Below, piece after piece: positions 37,505-45,611 of a stretch of DNA of 46,148 nucleotides. The notes beneath the pieces were generated by a model. The model was not told the origin of the DNA and did no database searches. It worked only from the letters and a program-made list of their open reading frames with translations. Positions within the stretch are counted from its first letter, which is position 1, and each line of letters starts with the position of its first letter. Source of the stretch: Candidatus Magasanikiibacteriota bacterium (lineage in GTDB: Bacteria; Patescibacteriota; Patescibacteriia; Magasanikbacterales; UBA922); contig JACRPD010000029.1 of assembly GCA_016214105.1 (NCBI GenBank), forward strand, positions 1 to 46,148. Direction: 5' to 3'. Both the position numbers and the translations under genes were made by a program.

Positions 37505-39766
37505 ATGCAAAAGCGTGCCAACTTAATGTATTTTTTGGTAATTTTATTACTCGGATTAACCCTATCCCCAATTTTTGTTTTTGCCCAGCAAGAATTTAAT
37601 TCCAACTATTTAATCTCCGATGAAGAGTTGCAAAACTGGCAAAGTTTGGGACGATCGGAAATACTGTCATTTTTGAAAGACAAAGGCGGGTATATCGCGG
37701 AATTAAAAACCGCGGATAAAGACGGTGTGAATAAACGAGTTTCAGATATAATTTACAACGCCGGCAAAGAATATAAAATTAATCCAAAATATCTTTTAGT
37801 TAAATTGCAAAAAGAACAAAGTCTAATTACCGATGAAGATCCAACACAAAAACAACTTGATTGGGCGACCGGCTACGGTGTTTGCGACAGCTGTTCAATG
37901 GACGATCCGGCAATTCAAAAACACAAGGGCTTTGGCACGCAAGTGGACAGCGCGGCGGGCATTATCCGCTGGTATTATGATAATGCGGTTATAGAGCCGT
38001 GGGTTAAAAAGGCGGACCAGCTCTATATTATTGACGGCCAAACAGTTAAACCAACTAATCAAGCCACTGCTTTTCTTTACACTTATACACCGCACTTGCA
38101 AGGAAATAAAAATTTTTGGCAGCTTTGGCAAAACTGGTTCGGACAGGTTTGGCCTGATGGTTCTTTGGTAAAAAGCGCTGATGATCCGTCGGTATATTTG
38201 ATTGATAAAAATAAAAAAAGAAAAATTTCCAGCATGTCGGCGTTAGCCAGTCGATTTAATCCGAAACTGATTTTAACTGTGCCGGCGAGCGAATTGAATA
38301 ACTACTTTGACGGTTCGCCGATTGATTTCCCGAATTATTCTATTCTAAAACAGGCTGACAATTATTATTTGCTTGATTACGATTCCCTGCGTCCGTTTGC
38401 CAGCGCGGAATTGGTGAAAAAAATTGGGTATAACCCGGAAGAATTTATTGAAATCGCGCCGGCCGACGTGCAAAATTATTCTATCGGCGCGGCAGTTACG
38501 GACGAAGTATTGGATATAGCGGGCGAGTTGGCGCGGGTTAAAATAACAAATGAATTATTTTATTTAAAAAATGGCGCGTACCATCCGATTGTAAACGAGC
38601 AGATCGCTAAAAATAATTTTCCGGATTTGCAAATTAAAAAAATCACCGTTGAATCCTTGCAGAATTACAAAGAGGGCGCTCCGATTAAGTTTAATGACGG
38701 CGCGCTGGTCGGAGTCAAAACCACCGGACAAGTTTACGTGATTGAAAATGGAAAAAAACGATACATTCCATCTGAACTTGTGTTTAATAGATTGGGATAT
38801 AATTGGGAAAATGTAAATTGGGTTGATGAGTTAACGACTTTTTTGCATGAAGACGGAGCCCCGCTGGACCTGCCCGGCAGATTAAGCAACGAGGATATTG
38901 CCGAAGAAATCGCGGTTGGGCAAGAAACCGGTGGAAACCAAGCCGCGGTGGATAAAAACAAAGGCATGTACGCCATACCGGAAGATAAAACGGTTTACAT
39001 CGGCGATAAGTTTTCCACCAACGTGAATACTTATTTAGTGGCGGAATACGATACGAAAAATATTTTAGCCGGCAAAAACGTTGATGCAGTCAGGCCGGCG
39101 GCGTCTTTCGTGAAAGTTATGACCGCTTACTTATTGATGAAAGACGGGCTTAATCTTAATCAAGCCACGATTTTTGACGCTAAAAAACATCCGGCGGTTT
39201 ATAATAATTTCCGCGCGGCCAATGGTGAAAAATTTCTTAACAAAGATTTGATGTATTCATTGCTTACTTCTTCAATCAATACGCCGGCGAGGATGTTGGT
39301 CAGCACTCTTAAAGAAGAAGCAAATTTTATCGCTGATATGAACGCGCAAGCCGCGGAATGGGGGCTGAAAAATACGAAATTTACCGATACTTACGGTTAT
39401 GATTTAAAAAATGAAACCACCGCGAGGGAATACCTGCAAATTTATATTAACGCGGAAAAAAATTCTGATGTAAGAAAATTTTTGGGCGCGAAAAGTTATG
39501 AATACAATGAATTAAAAGATTTGGATGGTAAACAAAAACATTATGATCAGCACAGCAATATTTTAATGAACAAAACCGGACTTCCGTTCACGATTATTTC
39601 CAGTAAAACCGGCTATCTTGACGAAGCCGGCGCCGGTCTGGCAATGTTGATAGAGCGGCCATCGGACAAAAAGCGATTTGTTATAATAACTATGGGAAAT
39701 CCGGACTATGTCACTCGTTTTGATGAGCCGGAGAGATTGGCGAAGTGGACTGTCGAAAAATACTAA
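37505..39766 (+). CDS. Secreted protein: long N-terminal region of unknown function fused to a D-alanyl-D-alanine carboxypeptidase (peptidase S11) domain
   Basis: Signal peptide. The C-terminal third carries SxxK (ASFVKVM), SxN (SSINT) and KTG (SKTGYL). Confidence 0.8.
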   Translation: MQKRANLMYFLVILLLGLTLSPIFVFAQQEFNSNYLISDEELQNWQSLGRSEILSFLKDKGGYIAELKTADKDGVNKRVSDIIYNAGKEYKINPKYLLVKLQKEQSLITDEDPTQKQLDWATGYGVCDSCSMDDPAIQKHKGFGTQVDSAAGIIRWYYDNAVIEPWVKKADQLYIIDGQTVKPTNQATAFLYTYTPHLQGNKNFWQLWQNWFGQVWPDGSLVKSADDPSVYLIDKNKKRKISSMSALASRFNPKLILTVPASELNNYFDGSPIDFPNYSILKQADNYYLLDYDSLRPFASAELVKKIGYNPEEFIEIAPADVQNYSIGAAVTDEVLDIAGELARVKITNELFYLKNGAYHPIVNEQIAKNNFPDLQIKKITVESLQNYKEGAPIKFNDGALVGVKTTGQVYVIENGKKRYIPSELVFNRLGYNWENVNWVDELTTFLHEDGAPLDLPGRLSNEDIAEEIAVGQETGGNQAAVDKNKGMYAIPEDKTVYIGDKFSTNVNTYLVAEYDTKNILAGKNVDAVRPAASFVKVMTAYLLMKDGLNLNQATIFDAKKHPAVYNNFRAANGEKFLNKDLMYSLLTSSINTPARMLVSTLKEEANFIADMNAQAAEWGLKNTKFTDTYGYDLKNETTAREYLQIYINAEKNSDVRKFLGAKSYEYNELKDLDGKQKHYDQHSNILMNKTGLPFTIISSKTGYLDEAGAGLAMLIERPSDKKRFVIITMGNPDYVTRFDEPERLAKWTVEKY

Positions 39767-39852
39767 ACCCTAAACCCGAAACTCTAAACAAACCAAAAAA
39801 CCCAATCTCAAAAATTTTAGAGTTTGAAAATTTAGAGTTTAATTTTAATCAT

Positions 39853-40644
39853 ATGTCATTAGTCTTTGCCGCAATCACTCCTCATCCGCCGTTGTTAATC
39901 CCCAACATCGGCAAGGAGGAGCTGAAAAAAATTGAACAAACCAAAGAAGCGCTGAAACAGCTTGAGCAGGATTTATATTTGGCAAAACCTGACGTCGTCG
40001 CGATTATCTCTCCGCACGGTTCTTTATTTTCTGACGCTTTCAGCGTAAACGCACATACGCATTTTGTTTCCGCGTTTGAACAGTTCGGGGATTTTTCCAC
40101 TAAATTAGAATGGAAAGGGGCCGACAGCGTTGCCGCGCGCGTCGCTCACCGAGCTAATTTAGAAAATTTACCGCTTCAATTAGTCAGTGAAGAACACCTT
40201 GATCATGGATCGGCCGTTCCGCTATTTTATTTAACCCAGCACTTTAACAACTTGCGTGTTTTGCCCATCGGTTACAGCGCGCTGGACGGGAAGGTTCATC
40301 TGCAATTCGGAGAAATATTAAAAGATATTTTTATGGAAACGGAAAAACGTGTGGCAGTGATAGCTTCCGGCGATTTATCGCACGGTCTGACGACAGACGC
40401 GCCGGCCGGATTCCGCAAGAATGGCAAAGAGTTTGATCAGAAACTTATTGAACTGTTGGAAACAAGAAACACGGCCGGAATTATAGGAATGGATTCGGCG
40501 TTTGTGGAATCAGCGGCGGAATGCGGTTTTCGCTCGTTTTTGATTCTGCTCGGTATCCTGAAAAACATGAATTACACTTTTAAAAATTATTCTTACGAGT
40601 CGCCGTTTGGGGTAGGATATTTGGTGGGAAATTTTGTGTTATGA
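39853..40644 (+). CDS. LigB/Memo-superfamily protein (class III extradiol dioxygenase subunit B-like)
   Basis: FAAITPHPPLLIP ... AIISPHG ... LDHGSAVPL ... IASGDLSH. Confidence 0.65.
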   Translation: MSLVFAAITPHPPLLIPNIGKEELKKIEQTKEALKQLEQDLYLAKPDVVAIISPHGSLFSDAFSVNAHTHFVSAFEQFGDFSTKLEWKGADSVAARVAHRANLENLPLQLVSEEHLDHGSAVPLFYLTQHFNNLRVLPIGYSALDGKVHLQFGEILKDIFMETEKRVAVIASGDLSHGLTTDAPAGFRKNGKEFDQKLIELLETRNTAGIIGMDSAFVESAAECGFRSFLILLGILKNMNYTFKNYSYESPFGVGYLVGNFVL

Positions 40645-42527
40645 TCGCGAAAGTAATTCCCCTTCAACGTTTGCCGAAAAGTTTGTCGGTTTTTGACTAT
40701 CTCGTTCCAAACGCGCTGGCTGACGAGATCGCGGTCGGACAAATCGTTGAAATTCTTTTCCGCAAGGCAAAACACCTTGGGCTCGTTTTTTTGCTAGCTG
40801 ATGACAATACAAGCAAATCAAAAAAACTTGAAACAGTGCAAAATATTTTGAATCCTGTTCCACTGCTATCAAGCCAACAGATTAATTTTTTGTTTGAATT
40901 AAGTTTGTGGTATGGAGTTTCACCATCAACGCTAATAAAGATGGCTTTACCGCCATTGCAAAAAAACAAAATAAAAAAAATAATTTTAAAAAATATTAAA
41001 TTTGATTTCCCTCTCCTCTGCGGAGGAGAGGTCTCGTCGCGGTTGGCGATTGCTTTTAGCCAATATCACGATCAATCAGAACACAGAACTCAATTAAAAA
41101 AACACCTAAAAAATAAAACTTTAATTTTGGTGCCGGAGATAAATTTGATTGACGAGGTTAAACAACTGCTACCGGCGGAAAGGCAAGAGAAGATTGTGGT
41201 TTGGCATTCGGAACTAAGCGAAAAACAGCAGTTTGAAAACTGGACGCAGATTCGCAATCAAAAAAAATCAATAATCATCGGCACTCGCGGCGCGGTTTTT
41301 CTGCCGCTTGATGGTTTTAAATCAATTATCATTGATTACGAGCATGATGAAAACCACAAACATTGGGATCAGTCGCCGCGTTTCCATACTAAAGACGTGA
41401 TAGCGAAACTTAATATCAAAACTACCCTCTTGTCATACTCCCCTTCCGCCGCAACGTATTATCATGTCCACAAAAAAAATTATTTGGGCAAGTTAAAATT
41501 AACTCCGGCGAAAGACGCCTGCCTGACCGGTAGGCAGGCGCAAATCGTGGAAATGCGTAACGAACGGCTGGGCGGAAACTACGGCGCTTTGTCGGAAGCG
41601 GTTAAACAAGCGATCGCTGACGCGAAACAAGATATTTTTGTTTATGTTAACTGCCTCGGTTTTGCCACCTCGGTCGGCTGTAATGACTGCGGCTATGTGG
41701 AAGAATGTCCGAATTGCAAAAACGCTTTAGTTTATCATGAAAAGACTCTCACTCTGCATTGCCATTACTGCAGAACTCAAAAGCCGATGATTTTAATTTG
41801 TCCAAGATGCCACTCTTCGCTTACCAAACTTTATGGCGCTGGCACTGAGTTTATTGAGAAAGAAGTTCGTCGAATTTTTGGCGCGGATTCCCATAAAGAA
41901 ATAATCCGGCTGGACAGCGAAAATTTTCCGCCTGAAGAAAATACAGAAAAATTTAGAGTTATCATCGGTACAAAGATGGCATTGCGCAGAATACGTTGGG
42001 ATAAAACCGATCTCGTGGTTTTTATAGATATTGATCGGCAAATGAATATCCCGGAGTATTTGGCCCAAGAAGAAGTTTGGCATTTAATCCAAGAAGTTTT
42101 TTTTCGCAAACAAACCGGCGCGAAACTAATTATCCAAACTTTTCAAAAAATCAATTTGATCTGCCGGTCGCTGTCTGAACCTGATCGTTTTTACCGCACC
42201 ACCCTAAATTCACGGCGCGCGCTTGGCTATCCGCCATATCTGTATTTAACCCGTTATTTTTATGGTAATATAAACGCGGCGGCCGCTCAAAAGGAAGCTC
42301 AGCAAGTAACTGCCGATATACGACAGGGGTTGACAAAATCACAAAAAAAGATTATACTCTTAGGCCCGATTGAAATGCATCCGAAATTCTATCGCGGACA
42401 ATTCTGGTACGAAATTATCGCCAAATTGCCGCCGGATACTTGGCAGGATGATCTAAAGTATTTAAATCAATTTATTCCGGCAAACTGGAAAATTGATCCT
42501 AACCCGATTTCTATTTTATCACCTTGA
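40641..42527 (+). CDS. priA: Primosomal protein N-prime (PriA) homolog with degenerate helicase ATPase motifs
   Basis: Collinear with PriA: 3-prime-binding/winged-helix N-terminus, LILVPEINL, IIGTRGAVF and the Cys-rich region CNDCGYVEECPNCKNALVYHEKTLTLHCHYCRTQKPMILICPRCHS. There is no GxGKT, DYEH replaces DEEH, and there is no GRAGR. Confidence 0.85.
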   Translation: MIAKVIPLQRLPKSLSVFDYLVPNALADEIAVGQIVEILFRKAKHLGLVFLLADDNTSKSKKLETVQNILNPVPLLSSQQINFLFELSLWYGVSPSTLIKMALPPLQKNKIKKIILKNIKFDFPLLCGGEVSSRLAIAFSQYHDQSEHRTQLKKHLKNKTLILVPEINLIDEVKQLLPAERQEKIVVWHSELSEKQQFENWTQIRNQKKSIIIGTRGAVFLPLDGFKSIIIDYEHDENHKHWDQSPRFHTKDVIAKLNIKTTLLSYSPSAATYYHVHKKNYLGKLKLTPAKDACLTGRQAQIVEMRNERLGGNYGALSEAVKQAIADAKQDIFVYVNCLGFATSVGCNDCGYVEECPNCKNALVYHEKTLTLHCHYCRTQKPMILICPRCHSSLTKLYGAGTEFIEKEVRRIFGADSHKEIIRLDSENFPPEENTEKFRVIIGTKMALRRIRWDKTDLVVFIDIDRQMNIPEYLAQEEVWHLIQEVFFRKQTGAKLIIQTFQKINLICRSLSEPDRFYRTTLNSRRALGYPPYLYLTRYFYGNINAAAAQKEAQQVTADIRQGLTKSQKKIILLGPIEMHPKFYRGQFWYEIIAKLPPDTWQDDLKYLNQFIPANWKIDPNPISILSP

Positions 42528-42537
42528 TGCTCACTCT

Positions 42538-43017
42538 ATGTTAAAAATCATAACCATCCCAAATGAAATTCTACGAAAACGATCAAAAGAAGTAGATCGT
42601 GAATTTGTGTTGTTGAAAAAAACGCAAAAATTAATTGAGGAGATGCTTGTGGTTATGAAAACCGCTGACGGCGTTGGTTTGGCCGCCCCGCAAATTGGAG
42701 AAGGTGTCAGATTGTGCGTGATTGATCGGAGAGCTGACGAAATCAATCTCAAAAACGATTTAATTTTAGTTAATCCGGTCTGGAAAAAAACTTCCATTAA
42801 AAAAGACGTAATGGAAGAAGGTTGTTTATCGGTGCCAAAAACTTATGGTAAAGTAAAAAGATACACAAAAATAAAAGCTGACGCGATCAATGAGAAAGGC
42901 GAGAAAATCTCCTTCACCGCTGCCGACCTTCTCGCCCGCGTGATCCAGCATGAAGTTGATCATTTGGATGGAATTTTGTTTATTGACAAAGCGAAAGATA
43001 TTTATCAGGTTGAATAA
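42538..43017 (+). CDS. def: Peptide deformylase
   Basis: GVGLAAPQIG, EGCLSVP and QHEVDHLDG motifs. Confidence 0.95.
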   Translation: MLKIITIPNEILRKRSKEVDREFVLLKKTQKLIEEMLVVMKTADGVGLAAPQIGEGVRLCVIDRRADEINLKNDLILVNPVWKKTSIKKDVMEEGCLSVPKTYGKVKRYTKIKADAINEKGEKISFTAADLLARVIQHEVDHLDGILFIDKAKDIYQVE

Positions 43018-43020
43018 TGC

Positions 43021-43052
43021 TTTGTCATCCCCGTGAAAACGGGGATGACAAA
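43021..43052. repeat. Perfect 13-bp-stem palindrome (GTCATCCC family) between def and fmt
   Basis: tttgtcatccccg-tgaaaa-cggggatgacaaa. Confidence 0.85.
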
Positions 43053-43058
43053 TACCCT

Positions 43059-43944
43059 ATGAAAATCGCTTTCTTCGGCACGCACAACTTCGCCGCGACA
43101 ATTTTAGAGGGAATAATCAACAACCCTCTTTTTGACATCCAGCTCGTCATTACTCAACCAGACAAACCAGTCGGCCGCAAGCAGAAAACGCAGAAGTCTC
43201 CGGTTAAACTATTAGCGGAAAAACACGGTCTTCAAATCGCTCAACCAAATTCTCTCAAAACTTGCACACTTGCCCAGTTGCACACTTGTGAACTTGGTAT
43301 CTGCGCCCAATACGGTTTGATTTTTCCACCAAACATCTTAAACGCGCCGAAGATGGGAATACTTAATTTCCACACTTCCCTCCTCCCCAAATACCGAGGA
43401 GCGTCACCCATTGAATCACAGATTCTCGCCGATGACCGCGAGGCGGGAGTGTCAATACTGCTCCTTGATGCTGAAATGGATCACGGGCCTACAATCGCTC
43501 AAAAAAACTTACAACTTACAACTTACAACGGCTAAAATCGCTATTTTAGGCCTTACAGAAGCTCTCCCGGACTATGTTGCCGGCACATTATCCACAACCC
43601 CGCAAGATAACGCTCGCGCGTCAATTTGTAAAGAATTAACACGGGAAGACGGCAAGATTGACTGGCAGAGAACCGCGCGAGAGATTCACAATCAATACCG
43701 AGGTTTAACTCCATGGCCTGGAGTTTGGACAATATGGAATAATAAACGATTAAAATTATTGCAAATTAAATTAATCTACAAAACATTGCCGGCTGGCCAA
43801 ATGTTGGTGGAAGGTGATAAAATATATATCGGCGCGGTTGATGGGGCGATTGAAGTGCTAGAACTGCAGTTGGAAGGAAAAGAAAAAATGTCGACGAAAG
43901 ATTTTGTGAATGGATACGGTAATATTATTAAAAATGCGGTTTAA
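43059..43944 (+). pseudogene. fmt: Methionyl-tRNA formyltransferase with a +1 frame disruption at 43501-43535
   Basis: N-domain (MKIAFFGT ... HTSLLPKYRGASPIE ... LDAEMDHGP) is in one frame and stops at TAA 43533-43535. The C-domain (PQDNARASICKELTREDGKIDW ... GLTPWPGVWT) continues in the +1 frame. Confidence 0.85.
43506..43529. repeat. Heptanucleotide tandem repeat (AACTTAC) x3.4 preceded by an A7 tract, at the fmt frame break
   Basis: aaaaaaa (43501-43507), overlapping the first unit; then aacttac aacttac aacttac aac from 43506. Confidence 0.9.
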
Positions 43945-43951
43945 AATCCGT

Positions 43952-45448
43952 ATGCAAAAATTCCTCACTGACAAATCAATCTTCTACTCCAAACAAACCG
44001 CCGCCTTGCTGGCGTTGTTTTTTATTATCAGAATCGCCTCGTTCTTTTTGGTTGGACATGAGTTTTATCAGGGTGTTTTTGTATTCTCGCTTTTACTGGT
44101 AATGGCAATTTTGTATTTTAAAAATCCGGAATGGGCGTGGCGCATGCTGTTGACCGAAATATTTCTCGGCGGATCCGGCCACTATTTTGAACTGGCTGGG
44201 CTTTCCATCCGAACTTTGTTTATCGCGACATTCCTCTTTCTCTGGTTAGCGCACCACTTCGGCCAAAAAATGCTGCCACAGCGACTAAAAATCCAAACCA
44301 ACTTAAACTATATATTGCTCGCGCTTTTTGCCTCTCTGATTTTTGCCGCCGTCAATGGCGTTCTTCATAAAAATGGCGTCAGCAATATCATTCAGGATTT
44401 AATGCCGTTTGGATTTTTACTGCTTCTGTTCCCCTCTTTCCACTCTTTCAGCGACGAAAAAACCCAGCACTATCTTGTCAGATTAATTGCGGTATTCATC
44501 ATCGGCACCGCTTTATTTATTTTTTTAACTTTCGCTTTGTTTTCGTCCCAGATTGTATTGATTCACCAGGATTTTTATAAATGGTTCCGCGATGTGAATG
44601 TGGGGAAAATAACGGACTTAAAAACCGGATTTTTCCGAATCGTTGAACCAAGCCACCTGTTTATCGTTCCCATTATTCTTTTAATTACTTCCTTGCGCAT
44701 GCGGGCAGAAAAACATAATAAAATGTGGCTGGCGATGTTAATTTTATCTATTTTTATTTTAGATCTGAATCTATCGCGCGGATATTTTTTTGCTTTGGCG
44801 ATTGGTTTGTTGGTTCTAAAATACAAGCACACTTGGAAAAAATGGCTGACTGAATCATTGTCTGTCATTTTGCTCATAATTGGCATTTTCACCGCCACCC
44901 ACCTATTCGCCAGTAGCGGAACATCGCCCGGCTGGGAACTGTTGGGCTTGCGGGTCAGAAGCTTCGCGTCTCCGGAAATAGAAGTGAGCACGAATACCCG
45001 TATGATGATTTTGCCGCAGATTTGGGAAAAAATAAAAACCGCGCCGATTTTAGGCGCCGGGTTGGGCAGTAAGATAACGTTCATGAACACGGAAACTTAC
45101 GAAACAATCACGACTCCGCATTTTGATTGGGGTTACTTGGAAATGTGGACCGAACTTGGCATCATCGGCGCGCTTGCTTTGCTCGGATTGTATTTGTTTA
45201 CCGCCGCGCTGTTGATTAAAAAAATAAAAACCGCGCCGGATTGGCACGATTTTGACGTTGGCTTATTGGCTGGCATTATCGCGCTTTTGATAATGAATAT
45301 CACTCTGCCCGCGCTGTTCCATGTTTTTGGAATCTTATTTTTGGTTTTTGTCTTGACTGTGGCAGTGAAACAGATGAGTATTTTTGAGCGAGTTACTGTA
45401 ATTTTGTATAGGATATTTAATAAATTACGCGCGACATCAAAAAAATAA
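43952..45448 (+). CDS. O-antigen ligase/polymerase-like (Wzy_C) integral membrane protein
   Basis: About 12 TM helices and a large loop with NLSRGYFFALAIG... The start is uncertain (the ORF opens at 43910 and overlaps fmt). Confidence 0.65.
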   Translation: MQKFLTDKSIFYSKQTAALLALFFIIRIASFFLVGHEFYQGVFVFSLLLVMAILYFKNPEWAWRMLLTEIFLGGSGHYFELAGLSIRTLFIATFLFLWLAHHFGQKMLPQRLKIQTNLNYILLALFASLIFAAVNGVLHKNGVSNIIQDLMPFGFLLLLFPSFHSFSDEKTQHYLVRLIAVFIIGTALFIFLTFALFSSQIVLIHQDFYKWFRDVNVGKITDLKTGFFRIVEPSHLFIVPIILLITSLRMRAEKHNKMWLAMLILSIFILDLNLSRGYFFALAIGLLVLKYKHTWKKWLTESLSVILLIIGIFTATHLFASSGTSPGWELLGLRVRSFASPEIEVSTNTRMMILPQIWEKIKTAPILGAGLGSKITFMNTETYETITTPHFDWGYLEMWTELGIIGALALLGLYLFTAALLIKKIKTAPDWHDFDVGLLAGIIALLIMNITLPALFHVFGILFLVFVLTVAVKQMSIFERVTVILYRIFNKLRATSKK

Positions 45449-45465
45449 AACATTCTTTTTTAGTC

Positions 45466-45551
45466 CCCTCTCCTCGTAGGAGAGGGATAAGGTGAGGTCT
45501 CAACGAACGAACTAGACCTCATCCCTTACCCTTCTCCTAAAAGGAGAAGGG
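45466..45551. repeat. Cluster of three REP-like hairpins
   Basis: ccctctcc-tcgta-ggagaggg (45466-45486); aaggtgaggtct...agacctcatccctt (45489-45527); cccttctcc-taaaa-ggagaaggg (45529-45551). Confidence 0.8.
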
Positions 45552-45571
45552 AACAGAAGAAAAAAATGCAA

Positions 45572-45605
45572 GCGCCGAGGTCCTCTAGTTCCTCGGCGTT
45601 TTTTG
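45572..45605. terminator. Terminator hairpin between convergent genes
   Basis: gcgccgagg-tcctctagtt-cctcggcg followed by ttttttg. Confidence 0.65.
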
Positions 45606-45611
45606 CGATGG

